A stretch of DNA of 55,571 nucleotides, the filler included, from Bipalium vagum (Eukaryota): the NCBI GenBank assembly GCA_037834085.1. It is 3 parts of 3 records of this genome, joined end to end, with 100 filler letters (N's around TTAATTAATTAA, not from the genome) between each part and the next. Parts side by side here need not be neighbours in the genome. Positions count along the whole stretch, not along the records: positions 16,615 to 38,070 come from JBBMKC010237238.1; 2 more parts are not named here. One strand, written 5' to 3'. Position numbers and translations under genes: made by a program. Positions 21,501 through 35,751 of this stretch are shown piece after piece. The notes beneath the pieces were generated by a model that had not been told where the DNA came from, did not search any database, and saw only the letters and a program-made list of their open reading frames with translations. Positions within the stretch are counted from its first letter, which is position 1. The number at the start of each line of letters is the position of its first letter.

Positions 21501-24500
21501 ATTTATGACTGTTTTATTTTTAATTTGAGATAGTAAAGTGTTCACCTAACACTATTTTCAAGACTGATGAACATTAGTGTATCAATGATCGGCCAACATA
21601 TAACAATATAAGCATTTTATTTTTACTTTGACACATCTTTATCATTCAACACATTGTTGAGTTTCCCACCGTTACTTTATGTTTTAAAGATATGTGATGG
21701 GACATTATAAGAAATATGATAACATTTTAAAATGAATATTTTGAAAAAAATCTTAACAAAAATAATAAATTAGTTCAGTTAAACAAACCACTTATTTTTA
21801 TTAAAACAACGCTCACTTTCTAAGAGAAACATTTATTTTTTCTTTTTGGCTTTGAACTTCGTAATTCTTTATTTTATAGTGGATCCAGAACATTATTTTA
21901 ATTAACATATACCTTAATGGAAGTCATCATAAATTTATATATATTTGTTTTAATCAACTTAATTATCGTGAAATAATTATCGTGAATATTATTCCTAATT
22001 ATTATAGATTGTTTTAATTATTAGGGAAATCCCCATTTTTATTTTACAAATATTTAATTTAGTAAAAAATAAAATATTTTTTTCCCATTTGAAATATTAG
22101 AAGATATTAAATCCGTCGTGTGGAATATCTTTATTCTTTGAAGACTTCCTAAAGTGTCAAGTGAAATATCTCAGTTAAACAAATTTAGGCTTCAAAGTTT
22201 TATAAAATATTTTTGAATCAAGAGTTAAGTTTGCTTTAACGAAAGGAATCATTTTCTCTTTATAAATAAACGTTTTTTCCCTCTGGTGCAGAATCACAAT
22301 GCAGTAAATGGATCTTCGGTAATGTCGGACTTTTACATTAAAATTTTAATGCACTTATTTCAATTAAAACAATACTTTATTAAACAAAATAAGAACCATT
22401 CAAAGCAATACATTTTGATCAACAAGACAATAGTTTATTTATGGCCATTGCGTAAAATTCATGAGTTCTAGAAGCGATAAAATCATTAAAGGCATGTTTC
22501 TAAAACATGTATCCCTTAAGAATTGTCCAAATGTTTAAAGACATTATCGATGATTGGGTAAAGGTGAGAATGATAATATGGCGGATGTTGCATGATTTTG
22601 TAGTCCAACTGATTTAATTTTTACGGTTTAAGTATGGGGTGTGAGGTCTATTAAACTTGCATAAAATAATGATATGTACTTTTTTTCTTATTACCTTAAA
22701 AAATCAATAACCACATTATCCAAAATTAATTAATGGGGAAATACTTTAGGAGAAAAATATGAAATTGAACACTTTAAAATGATTTATTACATGAATTAGA
22801 TTACAAAGGTTAAGTCAATAAAAGGTAAAATTAATGAGATTTATGAAAGCCATCGTTAATCTTTAAACGACCCGATATTTTTGAATTTTTATATCGACAA
22901 CGACATATAAAATTTTATAATAATGTTTTTTTATTAATAATTTTGTTAAAGAAAATTATAAATTGATTAAAAAAATATTCCTGGTTTAGAAATTGAACAA
23001 TGTCTTTTATCATTTCAGTACTAGCAAATAAAATAGACTTTGTTATAAAAATGTAAAAAAAATTGCACTGATTTTCTTTTTATATTTCTAAATACAAAAC
23101 TTTTAGAACAGAAAAAATATATTATCTGAATAAAGTGTAGAATAAGTAAAATTATTATTTTTCTATTCATATTATCATGCAAAAAAAACATATATAAAAA
23201 TATAAATAATTATTATTTTACCGATATTTTATAATATAAAACTATTGATTAACATTTAGTAAAAAATATTAAATATTTGCATGATTCAGATTTTTTATGT
23301 ATTTTGTAAAATTAAATCACTGAAAAATTAAATGTTTGTGAAATGCGTAATGTATAACAATTATAAAATATATCGAGTGCATTAAAACAAAATAGTGTTT
23401 AAATTACTGAAAATTAGACAAATGAAAATTAATGAAAGAGAGAAACGGAAAGATGTTTCTTCAAAATAAGGTTAATATTTTTAGTTTCTACAATGTTTTT
23501 TCTAAAATGTTTTACAATTATAAAAAATATTTTATTACTTTATATAATTTAAATATTAAAGTGTTATTGAAATACGAAAAATATTTTAAAAGTATGAAAG
23601 ATATTCTGTTTTCCATGAAGGTATGCACATATATGGAAATACAAATTTTGCTGAAGACCAAAAGAAGTTTTTAAAAAGGGTTCTACCCCAGCAGTTCACA
23701 AATATTTTCTAACAAGTTAATAAAATGTTTTATTCTTCTTGATTTTCTTTAAAATAGTTTCTCAGATTAATGTCTAAATTAGAAATTATACTTCATTAGA
23801 AGCACTGCATTTTTCTGATTGCTTAAATTAAATTTAATCCCTAAATGAAAAATAGTTTAATCACGTTTGATTATAAAAGAATAAATAAGTTGAATTTATT
23901 AATTTTTATTTACAGAGATTTTACTCCCTTTTTGAAAATGTGTACTTTTATTTTAAAATAGGAAAAATAAATTTTGAATTTATTAAACAAAATTTTGAAA
24001 AAAATTACAATACAAATTTTATTCATAGAAGATCACAAAATTTTATTCATCGATAATCGCTTCCTTATCAATGCATCTTGGTATGAAACTTATCATGTGA
24101 CAACAATATCACTTGGCGATATTAATGTACCAACATTGTTTATAAGCTGAATTACACTTTTAATTAAGCCAATAATCAAGTCAAAAATATTAATTTTTTA
24201 AAATTTTATTGATCTCATAAATAGAAATGTAAAATATATCGACATTTTATTAATAATAATAATAAATAAATAAATAAAATTTTCACTTTTCAGTTACTTT
24301 TTCATGTATTTTCTTTAAAGATTTTCTAGATGAAATGCCATTTGAGAAAACCTTAAATAAGGTAATATATTCTTAAATAATTATTAAGTATTTTTAATTT
24401 TTAATTTAAAATATTATATTTTATAAAAAATTTATATTAAAACTAATTGCAACCAAAATTTGATTCTGGGAATTCTTCCTCATTAAGTCGTTATCAAAAA

Positions 24501-25489
24501 TATAAGTAATTTTTGTTAATTATAATTGCACGTAAGAAAAATTTTTTTACTGAATAAAATTTAATTAAAATATTTAAATTAAAAAGTTTTTAATAAAATG
24601 AAGAAATACAATTATCACAATGAAAACCTGTGAGTAAATCGGAACATAATAAAATAACAAAAATCGGAATATATTTCATGTTTTCAGATGAAATAATATA
24701 AAAAAGTTTGGAATTTCTTTTTTTAATACTTTTGTTTTAAATATTGGTCTGAGACAGAAAAGGATAGAGTTTATATTCTCATAAATTTATTAATTTATTT
24801 TTAATTTATCCAATTTCGATTGACTCGTTTTACAATGGCCTGTCTTCCTTTACTTAATACTAAAAGGTACATCTGAATGAAATGATTTTATTTAGAGAAG
24901 GACGTAAGCTTATATTGAATCAAAAGACAGTTTGGGTCCGTTTGTCTAGAGTGTTCTACGAACCCCCAGAGAATATTTAATGATTTTTTTAGTATTATCC
25001 TTAAATAAACTTTAAAAATTTCATTTTTATTATTATTTTGTAAAATCTTTAAAATCTTAAAAAAGATGAGTTTATTCGCTTTTATAGAAATGCCAGTGGC
25101 ATAAAAGTATTAAAATATATGAAATAAGCATGGAGAAGTTTATTATAATATTAACGAAAACCTAATATTTAAAACCTTTACAAAATGCTTTTTAAAGTAT
25201 TTTTGACATAAAAGGCAGAGAAAATGAAATATATTTGATGTATATCAATGTTTATTATTTCCTGTAAGGCAAAACTATTCTGTCAAATAAATAAGGTAAC
25301 GCCAAACGAAGTGACCCTGTCATTGAAGAATTCTGTAAAATTTGGATGTTTTAATTTTAATATTTTGTCTAAGGATGATGAGATATTGGTACAAAACCGT
25401 ATCGCGGGGTGATTAAGTAAAGTTAAAATTATTATTATCATTAATGTAGATTATTGAAACCAAACAATGTTGGAAAATTAAAAATCACA

Positions 25490-25811
25490 GTTATATTCTT
25501 GAGTTGTCATTTTTAAATATAATAAGATAAGACCAACCAATAATAATCTATTTCATTAAATCCGATTATTCAATAAATTTTTTCAAAAATAGACCTCAAC
25601 CCTTTATAAAATTAAATTATTTACTTCACAAAAATTTATCAACATTTATTCGGCCCTTTTTATTTACAATTTTCACAATAAAATTTAAAAAATGTTATTT
25701 ATAAAAGTTTAATAATTTTTAAAGCTTTAAATTATAAACATTTAATAAGCGTTAATTTACGTGTGAGGTCTTTATTTAAAAAATTCATTCACACTAATTG
25801 TTCGAACCACT
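25490..25811 (-). repeat. Interspersed ~320-bp non-coding repeat, copy 2 (inverted relative to 17024-17336)
   Basis: Reverse complement aligns by eye along its full length to 17024-17336. Confidence 0.85.
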
Positions 25812-27269
25812 CCTTATAATTTTTATTTTTATTTATAATTTATTTTTAAAAATGTGCATGATTAAGAAGATCAGCAACGGATTTTATTCAAGTGCTAAGA
25901 TATCAATCTTTTTTTCGGAATTCCTTGTAAAGACCGAACTATTTATTCAGATAAAAAGCGTTTAAGAGTTGTACTGTACTATTTAAGAACTGTACTATTT
26001 TGATCCGTTCTGATCATTTATCAAAATGTTACTATTTAATTAGATCGTATAAAATAAGATTTTATATGGAATTTTCACTAACAGAAGACAGAAATTACTT
26101 GGAACAGTTCTTTATTCACCAGCCTCACAGACCCAATGAAACATTATATTCACAAAGAAGAAAGACAACAACAGAACGGCAAAGTGTGTATTGATTAGAT
26201 GTCATTTATTTCATTAATAAAAACAATTTTAATTACACATTAAAAAGCGCGGTGAATTTATCCGAAAAAAAAACAAATCAAAATAAAGTAATTTCTTTTT
26301 GTTTTCTATAATAGCACTTATGGAAATTAGAACGCATCGCACTGACTTATTCTTTGGCGGTTGTTCAGCAAGATTGTAAATAAAAAGAAAATAATTATGC
26401 AGGAAAATAGTGAAATCCAACAATGACACAAAAATAAAAAATAAAATAATTTCCCTGAAAGATTATGACACCTACGTCAGTAAATATGTGGAATAATTAT
26501 CCAACCTCACAGAATGAAATAAATCTGCAAATCAATTACAGAATAATAATTCCAGAAGAAAGCCGTCTTTAAATTTACGCTCTGTTTATATATGCCACAT
26601 CTTATAATAATTATCAGAATTATTAAATGATTTGATTTTTTATTTTTCCAATTTTGTTTTAATAAATAGAAAAATATTCTTCGTTTTAATCATCAATATA
26701 TTTCGGTTAAATTACTTTTTAATTTATTAATTAAATTTGTTTTCAAATAAGGAAGAAAACTAATTTAAAACAGTAATCAAATAATTAATAGAACCAGACT
26801 TTCGAACGAAATTCGTTTTCAGTCTTCTGTGAACAAAGATTATTTAAGTTATTAAATTAAAGCTATTTTAGGTTTTGTTTTTCTAATTGTTCTCCCTGAA
26901 ATTTATTTTTAAAATTGCTTAATTTTGTTTGAATGAAGATATTTAAAATGTGTATATTCAAATAAAAATTTTACCATCAGTTTGACAGAGTACTGAAGAG
27001 TTAAGTTGTTAAATAATATTATGATGAGAGGAAAAGTATTGTAACTTTTTCATATACAAATATTTTAAAATATCGATTAATATTTTTATTTTTAATGATA
27101 AATAATAATAAAACAGGTAATCATCTATTAAATTAAAACTTTATTTTAATATTTTAGATTTGTTTTAATAATATAAAACGCTATTTAAGAGACAGTGACA
27201 ATGACGCAAATTTGAACTTGCTTACTTTAAGAATATAAATGGGCCCCACATCAATTAAGTGATATTGCA

Positions 27270-27706
27270 GTGGAACCATTTTGACGTCAAATCGATGCTT
27301 GTCTTAAAAAACTGAACCAAAACCACCCTGCCTTGGTAAATTGCAGCTATCCCTTATTTTTGCACTTACGCTCGGTCGCATTTTGCTAAATTAATTCTAT
27401 AAAAATTACAGGAACTGAATTATGAAACTTTATCTCACCCACCTTATTCCTCATATATATCACCCACCATCTATTCCTGTAACTTGACAATTTCCTATGA
27501 AATAAGATGTTCAAAAATCAGGTTAATGTTTAAAACACCTTCGCCTCTTTTATTAAATCTTGTGACCCCGACTTTTTCAGAACGGTATAAAGAAATTAGG
27601 CACAGTGTTGTAGATGCCAATGGTGCATATTTTGATTTTTTAAAATTTATAGCGACTTTTGATTTGTGAGATGAAAAAGCGACAACACATTTCCCTCAAT
27701 CTAATA
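27270..27706 (+). mobile_element. Mariner 3' fragment (cecropia/Hsmar1-like), pseudogenised
   Basis: PALVN...KLQELNYETLSHPPYSSYISPT...VDANGAYFD, followed by a degenerate TIR ending caatctaa-TA. Confidence 0.8.
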
Positions 27707-28516
27707 TTAAAATGCACATTAATATCTCAATGGTTATTGGGAATAATATATTTTACAAAAAATAATTTTAACCATTAAAAAATCTTTTAAAAAAAAACAT
27801 CTGTTTTTTATTCTTCTCGAATATGTAAAAGTTGTTTTCAAAATGATTTTTTTTTAATGGAATATAAAATAATATAATTATTTATAATTTATTTTTAACA
27901 ATTTTTTTAATTTTTAATAAAAAGTACTTGACAACTTTTATTATTTTTGATATTTTAAAAATTCAAATGATAAAATTTGAATTATTAATTGACTTCAATT
28001 AAATAAACAGCTCTTTTATTTATTAAAACAAAATAAAGATAAACGTTATATAGATAGTTAATAAAGCAGTTTCGATGTGATATAATCTTAAATCGATAAT
28101 ATAAATAAAACACAATAAATCATTATTATATAACTTGAAAAAAAAGAAAAAAAGAGAAATTAATTTATTTTTGAAATTCAATTATAAAATTTCCGAATGA
28201 GAATTTGATAAAATTTAAGATTAAATGAGTGTCATATATTATTTATTTTTTTTATTCCTTCTTGTATTATCAGCTCAGGTCGAGATTTGATCATGGTTTC
28301 ATATAACTATTTCTTTGTTCAAAAGAACCTTTGACAATTAATCTCAACCAAACAAGTCGGTGGTTCTATAAAATATAATAATAATCATAAAATATTATTG
28401 ATTATAAAAATGCTCATTGAAAAGCTTCCGGAAAATATAAAACGGAGATGTAATCAAAAGGTGACCAAATAATCTCTCTACAGAATAATTCAATACAAAG
28501 AATCAATTGAACTCAC

Positions 28517-28823
28517 CTAATTTATCTATGTATTCCGAAAGAGACAAGGAAACACCCACTAAAATTAAAGAAAGTACTAAGAGCAGGACTCCTACTGTCG
28601 CTACAATTCTGGTTGTCGTTTTATCTCTGGTATTCAAAGAGTCGTGTTGAGAATTATTCTGTATATGGAGCGTTGCATCGTTAGTGAATTTGAGAATTTC
28701 TTCGTAGGTTTTCGTGTGAGGAATATTGGATTTATCTAATGGAATATAGTTCAAAAATTCCAGATCTTCGGATCTGGGTATGATATCTAAAGATGCCCTA
28801 ACGCATTTACTGTCCAAGGACAT
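28517..28823 (-). CDS. First coding exon of a small single-pass membrane protein of unknown function
   Basis: ATG-initiated, ~102 codons of balanced composition. Hydrophobic helix IVATVGVLLLVLSLILVGVSLSL. Ends at a perfect donor AG|GTGAGT (28516). An upstream acceptor ttctttag lies near 28887. The downstream exon was not identified. Confidence 0.7.
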
Positions 28824-31800
28824 TTGTGGGTGAATGTAGAGACCAGAATTCCAAATTTTATGTTAGCATTTGCCAGTTACGTTATACTAAAGAATATAGA
28901 AGGAAATCGTCATATCAATCTATTCTTATTAGTCCATCTCACAGACAATTAGATGGTTAAGAGTAGAAATTGTCGAGCATAGCATAATCTCACACAAATG
29001 TCTTAGCGAGTAAATAAATGCAAATTTTCTAATTTCGTGGGCCAATGACGACCGAGCAAGTTATTCCATAGGTGTATGCTTTTTGATATTGTAATCTGCT
29101 TCTGTTTAAAAATACGTTGCTTTTAATAATAATAATAATAATTAACATTTATAATAATAATAATAATTTGACAAAAGTTGACAAATTTCCACTGAGCTGA
29201 TCTCGTGGAAAAAGTCCATACGTCTCTCTCTCTCTTTCTCCTATTAGCCTGAACCATGGAATGGACACAAGAAACCAATGGATGGCGTCATCAAATTAAT
29301 TAAAGAGACATTATAATTTATTTTTTTTATTTTTTTAGTCCAATCTTTCATTTTTAATCACTCTATTTATTTATTTGCTACTGAATAAATCATACTTCAC
29401 TGTCGACCGGTTGGGTAATATTTTATTTATATTTTATTATTTATATTTATACTGGAATAAATAATTAATGTGGAAATTTAAATTATAAATTCCTGAGTTC
29501 GGAAAAATCGCGGAACATAAATTAAAATTTTATGATATTTTGATCTGAACTTTATTTAATTTATTTTAGAAATTAAAATATAACTTTTGCTGAAACTAAT
29601 TTATCAAAGAAACTAATTTATTGATTCTGATAAATCAATATTGGTATGTTCTGATAATAAAAATTTATTATTATTTACTGCAACCATTTACCTTATTGCT
29701 TTAATCGATGACTTGCCCAAAAATCCATAATTATTATTATAACATATGAGCTGGTAATTGACCAACTGCTACATTCCCATCGACCCGGCCTTCGAGTGAT
29801 ATGACAGAGAATCTTTCCCATTACTGACTGTTTGTCAACCATATCTTAAAATCCTCTGTATCGATGGGGGTTTAAGAGATATCCAGCAGAAACTACAATG
29901 TTCAGAGTGAAAGATTCTGAAATTAATTAAACGGAGATCATTTATTACTGAAGCTAATTACATTTGAAATGTGATCCATAGATAAAGTTTTTTACCGAAA
30001 ACATTTATCAATAAAATTATTAAATATTGAAATAAAGTTAATAATGTTAGCTGAAAATTATTGGGAGATTCATCACCGAGACCTTTCACATGCGCTCCGA
30101 CTACTCTGAACGCTGAGCTACATCCCCCAATAATTTTCAACTCATCTCACAATTAATGATTACGTACTTATCAAATAAAAATTCCGTTTTATTGCATACG
30201 TCGTACAAAATCCTCTGATAAATAAATAAATCGACAATTGTTACAATGATATAGTCAATATTATGAAAGCAATTATTGTTTTAAGAAAATTTTATTTATT
30301 TATATTTTTGTGATCTTAATGAATTCTTAATTCTCAGCTCATCGGCGTTCTTTGGAAACAATAAAAGCCATTCTCTAAGACTTAAATTAAAATTCTGATA
30401 TTCCCTAAATTTAAAATGGTTTTATTTATCTGTTAAGGAAAATTATTTATATTTTGAATTGAATTGTTATTTATAATTATTATTATTATACTTTTCTCTT
30501 AAAAATATAATTCTTAAAGTACAGAGTATGTAAAATTAGGTAGCAGATTTTAAAAAGTAATATTGTCAAATATTTTTAGGTGTGTGCGTTGAGAGTTCAG
30601 AGTGGGGTTCAATTTATTCTTATCCGAAATTTATGTAAAAATCGTGTCAATCTTGTATGTCTTTAATTTTCTTAGAAATCAAAATTCGGCCGAAATATCA
30701 ACACAGATTTCTCACAATTCTTTTTTTTAGAATTAGTGAATTATTTCTTAATAAGGCACAAATGATGTCCTCGTCAATGACGGAAAGTCATCCAAAACTG
30801 GATTTATCTTCTAAGCTAAAGTCCCCATAACAAATCTTGTAAACAATCTTTTAATAGTTCAGACAGAAAGAGTTAAAGATTTCAATGATTTTTCAAGTGT
30901 GTCCAACTTTCATAACTTTTCAGAACAGATAAAGTATTCTATGGTTTAAATGTATTTTTTCTCTGTTCATATATTGAAATATTGCTGAAATGATAAAAAG
31001 AATATCTAAACAAATTTTATTTGCGTTTGACGTGAATTTTGAAACACTAATACTTCTAGGGTTTCATCCTCAAACCGCTTCTTTTATCCGGGATGATCTT
31101 TATCTTTCACCCTAAAACCCTCCTTTCTGAAATGTACAAACTATCTTTTGTAAGTTTCTCAAAATGAAGCATAGTCGTCAAAGGCCTTAAGGCCTTAAGA
31201 AGTATTTTGTGGGTTTCGGCAGCTGATTTTCCGATCTTGAAATGAAACAGCATCTCTTCGAGAAAATGATGCTTATTTTGATATCTATTCCGCTTCCTAG
31301 AAATATATATTGCTGTTAAAAAAAATTTTTCTGAATAATTTTGAAAAATATTAAAATTAAGTAATATTAATTAATTCGTTTAAACAATTAAATTATTTTA
31401 TTAATATATTTACTTAAACACACACACTTAAGATAACACTATAAATTTTTGAAATAATAAAAGACATATAGCACCAGTACAATGCTGAATCGACGATAAA
31501 AAGAAGTTACATAATTTTTGTGGTGATATTATAGCTTCCTTATTAAATTTCATCTGACAGATCTTTCAGCTTCTTGTATAATCATTTGTCTTTATGAATC
31601 CCCAAAGAAAGAAATACATTGTGGAAAGATGTGGTGTTCTTTCAGATCAATTCATTGGTCTAGCTCTCCCAATTCTTCTTCCCCAAAATGTACAATTCAA
31701 AATTTTTTAATTCAGGTGAGTAATGAGCAGAAGCTCCATAACGTTGAACAATTAATATTGATATTGTTGTCCGACAAAGTTGTGGCTTGAACTAAAACGT

Positions 31801-34800
31801 CAACAAGTTTAAATAATTTGACTCATTAACATTTTCATAATAAAGAGAATCGTACACGTGTGATATAAAAATATCCGTCCAAACAGTAAATTTCGGACTG
31901 GACTGACATTTGGGAATAATTGCATTTGACGGCTGAGTTCTCCAAATTCTGCAATTGTGCCTGTTAACAAAGCCGTTTAAATGAAAATTTGCTTAATCTA
32001 TACAAATATGATTTTCAAGAAAACCTGAATTATTGTGGACTTTATTGATAAGGTTTGATATTTTAATATTCTTACATCTAATCTTTGTACAGGTGGCATA
32101 AAACGATCTTCATATTTCACGGATTATTCGAACAAGATCATGAGACTGTCCTTCAAGATCATTCAGAAAACAAAAGAAATTAAGAGATCTAACAGATGCA
32201 ATCGAAGAAGGATCTGCTAATATTTATTAAAATACTAAATTCTTTTTAGAGTATTTTACAAGATTGTATTAATGTTAATGGACTTTCTGTTGAAAAATAT
32301 TTGTTTTCAATAAATGTATTTCATCAAGTCAAACTTTTACAATGTTATCATAAGTAAATATAACAATATTTCATTTTAAAATTTGATACTTATCTTTTAC
32401 ACTCCCTGTATTTTTTAATATTTATTATTTATTTAAAATATTAAACTTTTTTAAAATTGATCATATTAAATTATATAAATAAGGCTATTATAACTCAAAA
32501 TGTGAGACTAATTCTGTCCTTGGTTGTAATTAATAATCAATTCCTGTACTCTCAATAAATGTCAAATAAATGAAAAAAGAGGAAAAATTATATTTTTCAG
32601 ATAAATTCTAAGACGTTAGAAAAATAAAATAGGGAGAAATTCGATGACAATATTACCAGTTATATTAAAGCAAATTTTTACCATGTATAAACCAAAGTAA
32701 ATCTATTTCTACAAAAGGTCTTTCGAAGATTATTATTTTATTAAATAATTTTTATTAAATCAAAAATTTGTATTGGTTCAATGGTAAACTATTCCTAGAC
32801 CTTAGTTTTCCATGGACCTGAGGTTATAGGTAAAAATTCAATTAACTTTCTTAACAGTCCTCAATGACTCTATAAATGAATTTGATTGAAAAAATATATT
32901 TATCAAATAAAATTCTCAGAAACATTTATTTGTAAAAATATTAAATTAACTTTTCGATGAAAAATTATTGGTAATAAATTACTTAATATTAATAAAATTA
33001 AAAAAATTTCATCAGTATGATTAAAAACTTTATAATTATCAATTTAAACAATTTTATAAAATTAAATATTTCCTCCAGTAATTTAATAACATTTGAAGAA
33101 AATAAATAAAAAAAAACCAAGAAAATAAATCTGCTGTGTTTTTGTGAAATTAACGTTGAAATTACTTGATATATATCCGAGAAAAAATAAATAATAAAAT
33201 ATTAATTATAAATCGAATGTGAAGAATTATATTCAAAATTAAAAAGTTAAATGTGAAAGGAAAATTATTAATTTTCTTAAATTAAAAACAAAAGTTCCTC
33301 TACAAAAGCAACTTTTTTTTGCTTAGACAAAAATGAAATTATTAAATAAAGTTAATTTAGCTAATACGGTTGAAGATAATTCCACTGTCAATAATAAATT
33401 ATTATTATTATCATCATCATCATTCATCCATGGGGTCGTGTCAATAATAATTAAAATTGTCATTTAAGACAAAAATAAATTATATATAAAAATAATGTGA
33501 GATAAATAATATTCGATTTTTTCAAAATCCAATAACTTCTTTTTCTATTTATTCTTTGCTTTTAGTAATTTCCTTTTTCTTTATTAACATATCGTATTCT
33601 ACCGTGGATGGTGACATTAGATATTGTGGTTTATTTTCTTTTACCCTTCGGGGAATGTATATATTTGTTTAATGTTCCATTTCTCCATGCCTTTTCATTT
33701 CATGTTTATTTTTAAAGTGAAACACTTTTATTCTTTTCATTACACTGACTTTTTTTTAATACAGTTTTCTCTTTTTGTCATTCAGTTAATGATAAAATTA
33801 TTTTCTTTTTTCTTGAAGCGAAATAATTCTTTCAACTTAAAGATGTAATAAAATATTTACAATTTTTTACATCTTTAATGTAGAACATAACAGAACTCAT
33901 TTAAAACAAAGGAGATTATTATTATTATTAGTAGTAGTAGTAGTAGTAGTAATAGTAGTAATGATACTATAAGTCTGTAGACGTATTTTTTAGACGTTTT
34001 TAGACAAAGATATAAAATATGAAACGAATGAAAAGATGAAAAATTATTTAAATCTTTCATGGAGATTTTTTAATGAATTCATCTAAAGAGAATCTTTTCA
34101 TTAAATGTATATATTCTTTTATGATATATTTTTAATAAATCTTTATGAAATGAAAAATATGATAGCTTTCCATTGTGCAGTGTACTTGGAAATTTACCAA
34201 CGAATATTACGTAAATATACAAAGAATAATCGGAACATAATCGTCTCTTAACAGTAATATGACTATTACATATTATATCAAAAAATATATTGGGGATATT
34301 CAAGATAAATTGGGAAATTAGGTTGAATATGTAGGTAGAATATTCTAGTGAGTGTATTTATATATAGAGTTTTGAATACAGCAATGTGGAAATCTAAAAA
34401 ATTAAAATGCTTGATTTGATCTCTTTAGGTACCACAACTACTGATAGCCTAAATTGAAATCCTCTAAGTGCCTGTTTTACCTCTTCCTAATTTAAATACA
34501 TCATTAACGTCTTGACAGCTTATTATAATGACTTGGTTGTGTTGTGAGGTTTATCGTATACATGGGCCTCACATATAAACAAATAATAAAAATCTAATAA
34601 TATGTAGTGCTGGAAAGAGACACAAATCGGGTGACCAATGGTATATTAGATTTTCAAAAATCCATACCTTTATAGGCTAAAGTAGAGTATTGATGGAATA
34701 CATATTTCCCCCACCAGCTGACTTTATGACCTAGGCCTTCCCAACTGTCCTAGTATCTTGTTATATCTATATATTGCATATCAGGAATAAAAACTATTAA

Positions 34801-35204
34801 AATTAAAAAATAATTTTCGATAACTGCTATTATCAATAAATTATCTTAGTTGAAGAAATGAAGGCTAGATTGGTATTACAAAATATATAAAATGCTTATT
34901 ACAACATCGAATAAATATTAATTACTGTTTATGATAATAATTTTATTAAGGTTAACTAATAAATACCATAAATAAATTAATAAATTCATATATTTTAGAG
35001 GTTTAAATAGTTTTGGAAAATATAAAGTAAATTATGAAAAATAATATTTTCAACAACGAAAAAAACTGTAAGAATATTAGTAAAACTAACTTTAAGTTTA
35101 AATGTAATTTAAAATTAAGGTATTAATTAAAAATCCTTAATTTAAAATTTAAAAAAGTAACTAAAACTTTAAAAATATATTAACAGAATTTTTTTAAAAA
35201 AATC

Positions 35205-35751
35205 TATTAGGTTGGTGCACATGAAATTTTGAAGACGTTTTTGAAATAAATAAATAACATTAGCAAGGTAATTCATTATATTTATTTTAATAATATTATT
35301 GATTACAAAATTCGAATTTTATCCTGCCATATTTAAATTTGACTGAAGAAATAGATTGACGAAATATGGATGATAACTCATTATGCGTACCTATTTTATC
35401 TGAAAAAGATAAAATGCTTTTAATATTCAATTATGATAGATTACCGGTTAAAAGTCGAACCAAATACACAACAGTACAAGATTTTTGCAAGGTAAATAAA
35501 AACTATGTAAAAAATTTTGTAGGTTTATTCGTAAGAAAACAAGGCTTTGCAAAACCTTTATATTGAATTTATATTTATATCCAGCGCATCTGCCAAGAGA
35601 CCGTTATTCTATATTGGTGTCGCAAGAATTATTAAAGATGAAAAATTCAGACTCGTACCTCAAAAAACACGTTCACGTCTATAAGATGATCAAGACACTA
35701 AAAGGTTGAAGAGGTGCTTACATCACACATAATACATGGGCCAATTTAATA
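35205..35751 (+). mobile_element. Internally deleted, decayed mariner-like element
   Basis: Left end TA-ttaggttggtgcacatgaaatt is a typical mariner TIR; there is a degenerate inverted match (catggg-ccaatttaata) at ~35735-35751. Confidence 0.45.
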
